Assembly (NCBI GenBank): GCA_003614675.1
Contig: ML002319.1
Location: forward strand, 1 to 42,247
Direction of reading: 5' to 3'
DNA: 42,247 nucleotides
Origin: Dimargaris cristalligena
Taxonomy: Eukaryota
How positions within the stretch are numbered: position 1 is the stretch's first letter; every line of letters begins with the position of its first letter. Below, in pieces: positions 1 through 12,275 of the stretch. The notes under the pieces are model-generated. The model saw nothing but the letters and a program-made list of their open reading frames with translations. It did no database searches and had not been told where the DNA came from. Made by a program: the position numbers and the translations under genes.

Positions 1-49
1 CAATACTTAGTCAAGGCCTTTGTATAGTACTCAATAAACCATTCTTCAG

Positions 50-1345
50 CACCAACTAGCTAGATGCCACGACGATCCCAAAATGATTTATTACATCGGT
101 GAAGACATTATGCAATCCTGGCAACACTTTATATACTACCAATTTGAAAGCAGTCTGTTCCAAACGGCCTACGACTATTGGGGATGGATCATTTTAATAC
201 TCCAACAAGATGATCCAGCCATCCGTGGCCTCTTGCGAGAACGCCGGTATCAACCTATCTTGAAGAACTTGTACCATTATTTGCACACAAACTATGAAGA
301 CCCGCTGTTTAATCCCGATACATGGGGGGTAGTGAATCCGGCTCAACTATCGCCTACCATGCGGGCTAAATACCTTCCGTTGATCGCGCTGGTGGATGCC
401 CAGCCGGATGCCTGTCATCTCCGTTGGATGCTAGACCAACTAACCAGCCCTATCATTCCCGATTTGGTCAATGGGAGTGGGGGTGGTAAGCGAAGAACCA
501 CCACTGCCCAATCGCACCGACTATCCAACCTGCTCCGACAGCCCTCGCAGGCCTTGTGGGAGTCCGTGGATGAAATGCCACCTTTTTTTGACCGCGTTTT
601 TCAAGCCACTGTTGTGACCGTGCTGGCCCGTCTGGCGACCACCCACCGGTTCACGGATTTGGCCGAGTTTATGGAGCAAGTCCAGGACTGGACCCAACAG
701 TATTGCGCCCCCTTACCGGTTCTGCATCCAATTCTGGAGAGTTTGGCGGAACACCAGTGCGATTCCGCAGGATTATACGGCAGCTTCAATTTATTAGCTA
801 TCATGTTGGCCGCAGGGGCCCAACAAGGGGCCCTTTTGGATAGATTTACTCTGTTAAATAGACCACCTTTCGCAAGTCCCGACTCAGCAACCGAGGTTGA
901 GGGGAACTCGGTAAGCGGGACGAACTGCGACTTGGTGTATTATATGGACGTGGCCCAACTCTACCAAGGGGCCCAATTCCTCAATAACCATTGGAATTGC
1001 TCCCTCCCTGTAAATGGTTCGCCAGAATCCAGCAGCCATTCACCGACTCACCCCGGGGAGCAGTCGTCCACTAGCGAAGCGGAGGCCAGTGGTGAGCCCA
1101 ACGGAGAGGACAGTCCACGGGATGTGACGTTTAAAAACATACATAATCTTTTACCGGACCTGGGTCAGTTGCATCTCACCGACCAAAACGAAATGGGCCT
1201 CACCATGTTGTTGGCGGAGATTGCACCCGAGGATAAGCGCCAGATTTCTACGGTAAAGCCGTGGGTACTTCACCCGCGTGACTTTAATATTTTCGCTTGG
1301 GCATTCGAACCCAAGAATGTACAACGCCTTCGAAAAATGTTTTAA
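50..1345 (+). CDS. Terminal exon of a lineage-specific protein, tandem paralog of the 2068..3828 gene; 5' exon lies outside the window
   Basis: ORF 83..1345 stays open back to an in-frame TAA at 35-37; candidate acceptor ttcttcAG at 48-49 (phase 0, as in the paralog; exact acceptor uncertain). Collinear blocks shared with ORF 2608..3828: SSLFQTAYDYW/SSLFLTAYDHW, LPLIALVDAQPDACHL/LPLLALVDAQPDACHL, VLARLATTHRF/VLARLATTRRF, GQLHLTDQNEMG/GQLRLLDNNEMG. Confidence 0.85.
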   Translation, partial: HQLARCHDDPKMIYYIGEDIMQSWQHFIYYQFESSLFQTAYDYWGWIILILQQDDPAIRGLLRERRYQPILKNLYHYLHTNYEDPLFNPDTWGVVNPAQLSPTMRAKYLPLIALVDAQPDACHLRWMLDQLTSPIIPDLVNGSGGGKRRTTTAQSHRLSNLLRQPSQALWESVDEMPPFFDRVFQATVVTVLARLATTHRFTDLAEFMEQVQDWTQQYCAPLPVLHPILESLAEHQCDSAGLYGSFNLLAIMLAAGAQQGALLDRFTLLNRPPFASPDSATEVEGNSVSGTNCDLVYYMDVAQLYQGAQFLNNHWNCSLPVNGSPESSSHSPTHPGEQSSTSEAEASGEPNGEDSPRDVTFKNIHNLLPDLGQLHLTDQNEMGLTMLLAEIAPEDKRQISTVKPWVLHPRDFNIFAWAFEPKNVQRLRKMF

Positions 1346-2067
1346 AAAAAGTTGTCGCTTGCCAGTCAGCCCCCTCAAAAAACTTGGCTCATCGATGGTG
1401 GAAATCGCCGGAGTCTTGAGGTAAACGCAGCCTGATTCATTCGCCATCATTCTAATTTCATTTAATAAAAACACCCCTTATAGACTCGTCTGATGAACCT
1501 TACCATGCCTCTCCCTATTTTTAGATATATCTTTTATATCTGTAAAAACCAAACCAAACCAAATCAAATAAAAAAGAGGGAACAGAGGGCATGAAGGGTG
1601 AACGAGGGGGTTTGGGATAGGGAAGCAAGGCAAGTGGAAGTACAAAGGCGGAAAAGTGCAAGTTACTCAAGCTGCCATGTACCACATCCTCCAAAATTCC
1701 GCTCGGCCACACACGCCTGAGTTGGGCCTAGTTGGCTGTTTTATACCGTTAGTGACGATTCACTGGGCTATTTTGGTCTGACAGTGTGCCTCAGGAAGAA
1801 TCGGGAAATACAACAACAGTATCTCTTGATATGTATAATGGTTGGGGAGGGGGCTCAATAAAGGATTTTTTATGTCTAAACACCCCAACTCATCGCTACG
1901 ATTCACCCTTTAAATAGACCCCACCATCCATGGACTGCGTTAAAGGAGACTCTCAATATCCGTTCTTTCTATATATTGTTATTTTTATCGGATTTTTAAC
2001 TTTTATTTAGTACTCTGGTTTTTCTATACATAATTTTAACCGGGAAAACGTGGTGTATAAGGGTGCC

Positions 2068-3828
2068 ATGAAGGGGCTTCTATGGGGTCTTGGTTTTGGC
2101 CTTTACATATCAGGGACATCCGCGGTATCCAGTTCTACTCTGGACCAGCCTGCTCACCCCCAGCCATCGTTGCCGGACCATAAACGTTTACTAGATTTGC
2201 CCCCCGAGATTCTTGACCTCATCGTGGATTATTCCTACCGAAGCTCCCGGGGGCCGATGGCCCTGGCGTGCAGACAACTGAACGCGGAGGTTTCAAATCA
2301 TCCCTCGAAGGAAATTCTAGTAAGCCCTTGCATGGATAGTGGTTAATCGATTATTAGGTTGTTTAAAGTCCCCATCTTTGGAGCATGGTGTGGCTCGAAT
2401 GGACCCTGCTAACCCAGTAGTACCAACTTAATAATCATCTGGACCGGTCTTTATCCTGAGTAGCTTTCTTTGGGTGGTTAGACTATGAACTAAACGTCAA
2501 TATTGCCAGCGTATTTTAGAATCCATTCTGAAATTTGAAATTTTGCGATTTTTACCTCATCTTTGGCCCCAAACCCACCCACCCCTCTCCGCTAGAAATT
2601 CTACTCGGTGTTTAGGAAAAATCTGGATAAATACAGGGAAGAATTCTACCTACCCATTCCCGATGCCCAGGGTCTAATGCAGGCATGGTCCCAGCTCCTT
2701 CACCACCAAATCAACAGCAGTCTATTCCTGACGGCATACGACCATTGGGAACAAGTGATCCATCCCATCTCGGCTTCCCTTACCCGGGGTACGAAAAATA
2801 CCCGACCCCCCTTGGTCACCCTGAACGCGGTGACGGGGTACTTTCTCAGTAATTACGAATCCCCCTTCTTTAAACGGGACGCCTGGTGGGTAATTAATCC
2901 GGCCCGCCTCTCCCGTACCCTCCTGGCCCAGCAGTTACCCCTGTTGGCCCTGGTGGACGCTCAACCGGACGCCTGCCACCTCCTCGACTTGATTGCCCAT
3001 TTAGCCGACCCCTCTCTACTGGATTTAAGCAGACGGGGCTGGGGCGCTACGGAACAAATCCAAGTGGAGGCTCTGCTCCGTACCCCTCACAGCGACCCGA
3101 CCAACCCGGTCAACCTTGGTCCTTTTTTTGACCACCTGTTTACGAATACTGTGTCGCTGGTTTTAGCGCGCCTGGCCACGACACGCCGTTTTAGCGAGCT
3201 GGGCGAGGTGATGCAGGGTCTAGAAGCCTGGGCCGAAAAGTATTGTGCGCCCCCCGCTTACTTGCACCCGGATATGTTTGCGGACACCGAAAGTCGGTGC
3301 AACCCGGTCGAGGTGTACCATAGTATCAACCGGCTGGCCCTCATGTTGGCCGCGGGGGCGCGGCACGTTCCTTTGTTGAAGGCCTTTACGGAAGTCTACA
3401 TTCGCCCTTCCTCGGCGATACCCGCCCACCGCATCGCCCAAGTTCAATGCGATTTCGTGCAATTGATGCGGCGGGCGGAATTGCCCCAAGCGGCCCAATT
3501 CTTGGTCCAGTATTGGGAGTGTTGTAAATCGCCGCCTGCTTCATCACCTCCGGAATCTGACCCGAACCCCGGCGGTGCTGAACAACCGGAAGAAGACCCG
3601 CCGATGATGTATAACTTTATCCCCCCCATGGGTCAGTTGCGTTTATTGGATAATAACGAAATGGGGGTTACGGTGTTTATATATGACTTTAAAAAAAGGG
3701 AAAGGGCCCGTACTTCGAATATGGGCCCGTGGTCCCTATTTGACTGGGATTTTAACCTGTTCTCGCCATTCGTGGAGCCCGATGGTTTGGACAGAATGTG
3801 GACGATGCACTCACCCAGTCTGCCCTGA
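2068..3828 (+). CDS. Putative secreted protein: signal peptide + F-box-like motif + lineage-specific domain (494 aa; exons 2068..2319, 2596..3828)
   Basis: ATG 2068 MKGLLWGLGFGLYISGTSAVSS (signal-like); LLDLPPEILDLIVDY...LACRQL at 2188-2292 fits the F-box pattern; donor GTAAGC 2320 and acceptor ccgctAG 2594-2595 join in phase 0 (..SKEIL|KFYSVFRK..); total 1485 nt. Confidence 0.85.
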
Positions 3829-4498
3829 GGGATGTTTGGGGTTTAAATGTCAGAGGTTTATAATAAATTTAGATACTAGTTCCTGGTTCAAAATTGCCAG
3901 TCACCTAGATTGATTGGCCAGTGGCGGCGCCCTTCCTATGTATACGAAGCGGTTCGATATCTGAACAAATGCGGGGCGTAGCTGCTAAACCCTATTTAGA
4001 ACAGCAAACCATATTTCACCGCCGATTCCTCCTTAATGGGCAAAACGCAATGGTTTCCGTAGCTTAGTGGCATACTTAAAGTATCTAAACTAATAATATC
4101 ACTCAGCAGCCTATTCCAGCCAACTCTGGCTGTCTATTTTATCTGACCAGGCTACCGTTGTGGGTTCTTAAGCCACAAGTATGTTACAGGATAAAAGAGG
4201 GGCTATGCAACCACTAAACAATAACACCCCGCGGCGGGAACCCAAAATTAGTTTCCCTTTTCCTTCCAAACTTTAAACTCTTAGGCCATTCCAACTTAAC
4301 TTCATTCATCTACCATTGGCCCTTTTCCTTTTCCTTATCCTTATCATTCAGTTGTATAAATACCTTCTTTTGTTTCACTCCAGTGGCTAGTCCATCGACC
4401 ACGCCTCGGCATTACCACTCCCTCACCGCACCAGCGACACCCATACTATAACCCCTTTACGTGAATCCACGCCACAACCCTGGTGCCCGATCCCTCCC

Positions 4499-6755
4499 AT
4501 GAGCGCATATGACGGTAAAATTCGCCCACTGGAGGCAATGCACTACCTCTCTTGTAAATAAACCGCCTAGCTCATTACCCCAACCCTATATGAGACCCCT
4601 CGAATTGATCCACCCTATGCCCATTTATTTTGTTTGTTGCTTTGCCTAACTATTCACTTGGCTTGCTTAAACCGCCCAACATGCACACCTCTCTCAATAA
4701 TAGTACCCACCCATGTGGGCCTACCCGCCCGGTATAGCGTAACCATGGCCGAAATCGATGGTCAATTGCGTAAGTAAGCCCGCTTAGGCAATGTTTAATC
4801 AATGCTCGCCTTACATCAGTCGGCCTCCGCCATTGTAGAATTATCCCGTTCATCTACCACTTTAGTCATCTCATTAATTGTTGGATATATACTACCACTC
4901 CCCATTATCAATCCAACCACTTCCCTTATCGCCAGTGCATCTCAATAACGGCCATGACTCCAAGGCTCTCCAATACATCCGCGCCGGTTGCCCGGCTTAC
5001 CCCCATTTAATGGTGCCGGAAAAACTCAATATGGAAACGTCAGATGCCCACGCGATGGCTCCCCAGTCCAGTCTAAGTTCGTCCTTCTCCATCTTCCGCC
5101 CCAACACCAAACGTAAACCCACGGCCGGCTCCACCAGCTGGATCGACTACGCCGGTGAGCAGCTTCTCCACTGGCTACAAGTCAAAGACGAAATCCTTAA
5201 CCGTTTTGAAGCCCTACAGAACCGTTACGTGACGCCCTACTTGAATATGCTTCAGCCGGCTGTACATGACCAGGCCCTGCCTAACCCACTGGTGGGCCCC
5301 GTTCGCCATTTGGATTGGCACCCCTACCGCCACTTGTTTAGCGTGTGTCACCAGGAGGACGTGGTTTTCATCTACGATATGGAACGCGAGGGTTGGTTCG
5401 TCAACGCCCTAGTACACCCCTTCCAAACCTATATCACCGGCCTGGCTTGGAAACCCAACGCCGGGAGTATTCTGGCCGTGGGGTGCCGCCAAGGGGTGGG
5501 TCTGTGGCGGGTGGAGTTGGATCAGGCGGTTAGTAACGGACCCCGCGAGACCCAGCCGTCCTTCGAGGGTGGTTCGCAATCCCTCCGGTTCCTACCCAAC
5601 GACGGCTTTAACCTTGATGATGGCGCATCTCCTCCACCCTCCACCTCAACCGGTCCTGCAAGAGGCGCTATCCATACGGGCCACGCCTGGCTCGACTTCC
5701 TCCAATTCCCGGGGTTTACCCACATCTCCTGCCTGGCCTGGGACCCCACTGGCCGGTACCTGGCCGTGGGCAGTTCCTCCCAGGCCACGATTTTGATCTG
5801 GGAAATAGCTACGGCCACGGCCACCCCACTCCGCCGCGTCCCTAATAGTACCACCGTCACGCTTACCTGGAGTCCGGACGGGATGTACCTGTGTTCGACC
5901 CACACCAACCGCCAGCTCCGCATCTGGGACGTATCCCGGTGGCAATCAGTGACCTGGTCAGATTTCCCCAGTTTTCCCCACCAGGTGGTATGGGCCCCCG
6001 ATTCCCGGTGCCTGTTCTTCGCTCTCCATAACCATAACGCCGTCTACCACCTGGTGTTGCATAAACCCCCGCCGGCGTTGGACGGCCAGGTCACTTGCTT
6101 GACCACGCTAACCCGCCAAAAGCTCGCGCCACCGCCGATAGTCACCAACGATGCCCAACTGCAGGCGATTGAATTGACCGCGTCCATTCAGGAAGTGGGT
6201 GGCTATATCCACTCCCTCGCCCTGGACCCGGCCTGCGGGGAACGATTGATCATTTCGTTTCGTCCCAATGACCGGGCCACCGAATACGAATCACGGCAGG
6301 ATAATCTGCGGCGGATTCGGCCCATTACCCAAGCCCCGGAACTCATCGCGGTACTACATGTCAAAAATCGGCTGGTCGGTTGGGTAGGCAATGTGGCCGA
6401 CCCCACTCTACCCTGTGGATTCATTCGGGGTCCGGCGGGTACGGAGGCTGCGGCCCACGAACAGGGTCGCGGTCCCATGGCGACTTGTCTGAGTTTCGCT
6501 AAACAGTTCGACCGCGGGGCCCTCTTAACAGTGGTAAGTAGAATCGCCTATGGAAAATGTGGACTTTCATCCATGCTTCCGGTCTATAGGGATAGTCGAT
6601 TGAATTAGCTATACTCTGAACCGTACTAACTCCGTCTGTAATAATTTTATCGATTTGCTTAATTAACCCGTTTACTTGAAAACAACTATATCTAGGCCTG
6701 GGAGAACGGCAAGATTTCGTTTATTCCGATGCTATTCAACAATCCGAGTCAGTAG
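4499..6755 (+). CDS. AAAS: Aladin-like WD40 nucleoporin (579 aa; exons 4499..4514, 4704..4769, 4936..6533, 6696..6755)
   Basis: WD40 repeats with Aladin-like features: LDWHPY, ITGLAWKP..LAVGC, ISCLAWDPTG..ILIWEI..TPLRR, LTWSPDG, GG.IHSLALDP..GERL, LPCGFIRG, C-terminal GALLTV|AWENGKISFIPMLF formed across intron 6534..6695; N-terminal SVTMAEIDGQL exon. All splice phases consistent (1740 nt). The two small 5' exons are less certain than the rest. Confidence 0.85.
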
Positions 6756-7932
6756 AGAATAGAACAAACAGTGCGAATTACCGGTTGCCCCTATGTGGAC
6801 TTGTCTTTCTGATTTATAGGGGGCCTATGGTGAAAACGAGCCACCTTAATGCCGCACTGGTTAAGACTCGGATTATATATAATAAATCATTCAAATTTTA
6901 TTTTAAAGGGCTCTTCGCCATGAGGGATAAGTTGGCAATTATCGTCAAAATCTACCGTTATTGATTGGACTTGCGACAATGGCTAGGTGCTTGGGGTGTT
7001 TATAATTGTTATTTGGTTAGAGGGTATGTGGACTTATTCAAGTAGAATATGCCAAGCTTCATTTTTCAACAGCAGTACGACGACTGATTAGTGTCTCTAT
7101 TATAAGATGAAGGCTATGATTTACTCATTAAGTCCACTTGTGGACGAGTGGCAAAGGTCCCGATTGTATACACTATCGTTGTCCACATGCATTGCAATTC
7201 TTAAGGATGGTTTACACATTCCTTTGCTAGCTCCCAACATTCACTTCGGAACTTCCGTTATTCCGCAAATCGTCGATACAGTTCCAATCACTTTGGCTTC
7301 CAACGTAGCCACTGCCCAATATAGAGATCCGCGGCTCCAACGAGACTGCGGTTGTTTTGGGCGTACTATCCCCAATATGCCACCGTAATTATTCCGCTAC
7401 TGACGCCCCGGCCTTCACGCATACCCCCCAACTAACACCAACCGCTCTGACCAGATTCTACTTTACACCTTATTGAGGGACATCTATACGTGCACGCTTT
7501 TGGTTCGGGTTCGGAAAACCGAGGGGGTTCCGTGAGGGGTTCCTTGGGTCTTATTATAATCAGGTGGATTCTACTTGTTGGCATCTAAACTAAATCAGGC
7601 GACCGCCTCTTTTCACACCATAGTTCCTGCCAGAGATACCCTCAAAGAGACGACATAACACCAAGGCCTGATTGGCTATAATTTCCTGGCGGGCAATCCC
7701 TTCTCTAGGTGATGACTTCAACAGTGCGTCGATTCCATTTATGTTCAAAAAGGAGGGGTGATCCATAGCAATGGATATCCCTCCGCATCATTAGACTCAG
7801 GTCAGTCTTGACTCACAACAATTGTACAGCTCATCCATGACCCGACTATTACTACATTTTCATTCTGCTCCTTTAACTCTTTCTATTTCGATACGAGATA
7901 TTTCATTTATGTAATTGTCCGAAGTTACTCTC

Positions 7933-8049
7933 GTAAGTGGTCTCTTCCGAAACCGTTTGAGTTACCCCGATTTTACTATTCACAGCTATACTCGCCTTTC
8001 CAATGACTAAGCTCTAAGTTTCTTATTTCGCACATTATCTTTTCTGTAG
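7933..8049 (+). other. Probable 5'-UTR intron of the first Kelch gene
   Basis: GTAAGT at 7933, CTAA branch-like motifs near 8007-8016, pyrimidine tract and tgtAG ending 8049; upstream of ATG 8183. Confidence 0.45.
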
Positions 8050-8182
8050 CCAACTGCACCTGCTCGTACGCGATTCTCACTCAGTACCGCTAGTCTACCA
8101 CGCGCGGGTATCCTATCTCTCTAGTATCCCTTTTCAACCACTGCCCTGTACATACGCGTACATGTATATATATATTTGTTTT

Positions 8183-9784
8183 ATGAAGGGTAATAACCAC
8201 CTCTGGTTCCTCCTAATTGGCTGGGCGGCGTTTGCAACCGCCGGTTGGGCGGCATCTGTTTGCAATCGGGCGTACCATACCACTACTTTTATCAGTCCCC
8301 GCCTCTACATCCAAGGTGGGACCCAATTCTGCAATGATACCGGTGCCTCCCACAGCGATCAGCTCCTTGACTTCAGCTCGGATATCGATGTGGACAACCT
8401 GACGTTTCAATCCATACCCGTCCTGAACGCTTCGAACAGCAATTGGGGCTCGTCAGTGGCCATGGTAGCGTCGTCCATCAGTGAAACGGTCATTTATCAC
8501 GTAGGGGGCGGTCGGGCCAGCTCGACCGATACGGTGTCAATACCCTTTATCCATACCTACGACACAATCGAGAACGAATGGCTGGCCAAAAAGGATAGCC
8601 TCGAGTCGTATAATCTCATTTACCACAGTGCGGTCTGGTCCCCCAAGGCCGCCAAAGTGTTCGTTTACGGTGGGCGGAAGTCCAAAGAGCACAACTTGAA
8701 CGTTACTCTGGATCAGTTTTACGAGTACGATCCGCAGGAGAATAAGTTGGCCACCTTTAACAAACAACCCGAATCACCACCGGCGATGGCATCGCATAGT
8801 GCTACCATGATAAATGGTACCCATATGCTCCTGTGCGGGGGCATGGGCGATACCAATCCGATACCAACCAATGCGGTGTACCTGTTCGATACCGTTGGCT
8901 ATAGCTGGAAACGGATTTCAACCACCGGTACACCGCCTAAAAGTCTAGTGGGAGCTAGCCCCGTTTGTAAGTCTTACCGGTTGATATCTATAGATGGCCT
9001 ATTTGGATTCTTAATGGGGTCTATTTTCTCATGCGCTGCATCGTCTGTGCTGACGTACTGAGTAGGGAAGCGGGAGTCATTAGTGTACCATATGTCGAGC
9101 AAAGGTAGTCCTGGTCCGAACCTCACCATTAACCCGGTACGCTATTTTACCATTGCCTGTACCTACCACACGTATAAAGTGGTTCATGATACACTCATGT
9201 TCTACGGATCCGAGAGTGTCGCCAAAGAGGCATTCGACGGCTTCCCCACACTGAAGATAACCGAAACGGCCTTCACGTGGTATAAAGTTAAGCTGCCCAC
9301 GTCGCACCCCTACAAAGCCTCTTACTCGACCGCCCTCGTGGGGAAATATCTCATCAGTACGTTCGGTTATACTTCCACCAATGAGCAGGAAAAGATGCGC
9401 ATTTACGACCTGGAGTCTATGACCCAGGTCACTCGGGTCAGCAGCCAGGAACTCCTCGCTCCTCTTCCAGACCACGTCTTCCCGTCCTCAGAAAAGAGGG
9501 GAAAATCGGGTCTGAGCACTGGAGCCATTGTTGGGATTGCCGTCGGTAGTGCGGTATTTGTGGGGTTAGTTATAGGGGCAGTTGTACTATTTTACCGCCG
9601 GCGAAAAAACCAGGAGGTTAATTATGACGGGCTTTCGCGTAAGGACCGCATGCGGAGGGCCGACACGATGCGTCGCACCATGAATGATTTGGGCATTCTG
9701 CCCGAAGACGTCGATGTTAGTTTTGATCCGGATAACCCCCGCCAACCGGTAAAATTCAGTCGTGCGAGCGACGCCCGTCGTTAG
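8183..9784 (+). CDS. Kelch-repeat single-pass membrane protein (462 aa; exons 8183..8966, 9180..9784)
   Basis: Signal peptide LWFLLIGWAAFATAGWAA; Kelch motifs RAYHTT..LYIQGG, IYHVGG, YHSAV..VFVYGG, SHSAT..MLLCGG; donor GTAAGT 8967 and AAG acceptor 9177-9179 join ORFs 8162 and 9083 in phase 1 (ASPVL-VHDTLMFYG); TM GLSTGAIVGIAVGSAVFVGLVIGAVVLFY followed by RRRK. Confidence 0.88.
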
Positions 9785-12275
9785 CGCACTCCGGTATAGT
9801 TTTATAGGACTTTTTTTTAATAGCCCGTAATATAACTAACGGATTCATGGGCGCCTATAATGTTTTTTCTTATATTCATAGTGGTAGCCATCTGAAGTCA
9901 TTAGCAAAATATACTTAAGAACAGAAAGGCCGTTATATTATTTTGATTGAGGCGCAGCGTCTTTACTCCATATATCCCTGTTTGCACGTAGAATGACGTT
10001 TTCTTGAATACTGGCCTTTTCTTTTAAGTTTTAATACCTAATATACCCCTTTTTTATAGTATAATCCATATTTCTTCGAATAACCTTCTACGGTATATTA
10101 AGCTGGACACTGACACCCAGTCAACTTGTTTTTCTACCCCACATAGCTCCCTAAACCCAAGAGCCTTCTCGTCATCACTATAATTAAATCCGGTTTACGG
10201 AGAGACCATATCAAGTGTAATTGGATAAACGACGGCAATGCCTTAGTAACGCTGATTGCGCCTTACTGATGGTATTTCGATATATTCATCTATCCCAAGC
10301 CAATTACACAGCCAGTGGGGGTGTTGTCCAGTTATGGATTTCAAGAAGAGCATAAGATGACTTTACCCGAAGACATCCATTGCTCCCGATTAGGGTAGCC
10401 CGTTTTTCCTCACGTTATTTTCTAGACGTTCCCAAACTTGTCAGGTGAAGTAAACAAGTTCCAATGTGGCCGTGTTAATGCTGGGTATTGTTCCCACCAT
10501 AGTTGGAATAGACCTGGCATGCACTGTTGTGGGGTCAAGGGCGATTGACGAGACTCACCATGTTGACTATACAGTCCAGACCAGATAGTATTGCGGCCCA
10601 TGGAAAGCCGAAGGTACACCGCTAGGGATCTATACCAATTGTTTTCAAGGCCGGAGTTTTTTCCAAGCGGCAGATTGATGCTGGCCCAGGTCTCCCTGAT
10701 ATATTTTTTATAAGATTGCCAATTCTTCCACCCCTCACCGAAAATAGACCTTGGCATCCCCGAGTTACTTGGCGTCTAAACATATGGGAGAAGTTCATTC
10801 AGGCTGTATAATGAAAAATCCGTTGGATGAGGCCAATATTACTGGTTAAAAGCTATTCTGACATATGTTCGCCCATACACGTATTATGTAAAGCCTTATA
10901 CAGCTGGTTTGAATTTCATCCATATAGAACCAAAGAAATAGACGAGTTATTATTTTGCTACCTTCCCCGGGAATCCCACGAGTATGTTCTTGTTAGCTGG
11001 CCGATACTATTCCAACCCGCTTAAACCCCAGGCCAACAACCCCCCACTATCGAACGCCCCGGACAGGCCTTCATTTGTTCACAAAAACCCAGGGTAAATA
11101 TGGCCAACTTGGCCTATTGTACTTTTAAGCTCTCTCTCTCTCCCCGTTCTTTTGTTGCGGCATTCACAGTCATCGCTGCACACACCCTTTTTTCTGTGCC
11201 ATGCAGGTATTTAGGTGACCTGTACCTATTTACCCACTCATCTGTACCATTTCATTCACTCGTTATCTCTTGTCTATTCCAACCCGCGTTTTTCGGCACT
11301 GTCCCCTGAGCGGTTTCTTACCTGCCACCAGTCTATACCTGCCAATTTGAACGACCATTTTAGACGTGACCACCAATTATATCCATCCCCGAGTTCAAAC
11401 AGCGGTGTGGTAGGAAAGAAAAGGGGGAAAGTGGGGTTTCCCTCGTACTGACTAAACCTCGGGTTATTTAATAAAAATTAAGGTAGGGACTGGTCCTCCG
11501 GAACTTTATACTCAACCACTGGCCCCCCAGGGTTCACCCCACCCGCGCGGCCCATCGGCCTGTTCGGACTTTATTTATAATTATAGCTGACGTCGTTTGC
11601 CAATGAGACCCACCGGTCCCCCATTGTTGGCCTATCCCACAGTTGGTCTGAATGAGGGGGTGGGGTGTTGTTTTCTCTCACCTTATGTGAATTAGGTCAT
11701 CCACACAATAGCTGCTGATGAATGTGAGGATACGCCAACGCCCAAACCAAGTATTCCCCGTATTTCAGCAAGAGTGATGTCTCATCAGCATTACAGGGTC
11801 GATAAAAAGGACACATCCCTTCGCCTGCTGTCGACCCTTTTCCTGCCGTTTTTTTCCTTCACCAAGTAAAGCTTTATTTTGATTATTAATTGTGCACTTA
11901 GCACCGTACTTACCCTTCGTCATCTTGATTCTAAAATAGCTCCCAATGGGCTGGCTCACTGTTTTTAAATAATAGTAAAGGTACATTCTATGTGGCCCAA
12001 CTACCTTTTAATATAACCGCCCCCATCCTTTTCATTTTGTTCGCCGTGTCCCTTTTAATACAATACTGTATAGCTTGTTGAATTACTTTTCCGCTTTGGA
12101 TGGATATGAGGGGGCAAGTGTTTCGCCTCCTCTCCAGGGGGGAGAACCAGTTCTCGTCTACTGGGCATCTAACAGACCGATTAATTAATACTTGACTATG
12201 ACTATGTTTCCCCGCCTTCCCACTGTATTCTGCGTTCCCCCCACTCATAGTGGTTCGTCATCCATGTATATTCTT

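Noticed and set aside
4053..4130. GTTTCCGTAGCTTAGTGG resembles a tRNA 5' end / A-box
   Set aside because: No T-loop GTTCRA and no complementary acceptor stem downstream.
7502..7543. Four GGTTC units resembling tRNA B-boxes or a repeat
   Set aside because: Irregular spacing, no cloverleaf, too short to call.
10422..10757. 111-aa Trp-rich minus-strand ORF between the Kelch genes
   Set aside because: No recognisable motif or splice partners; length compatible with chance.
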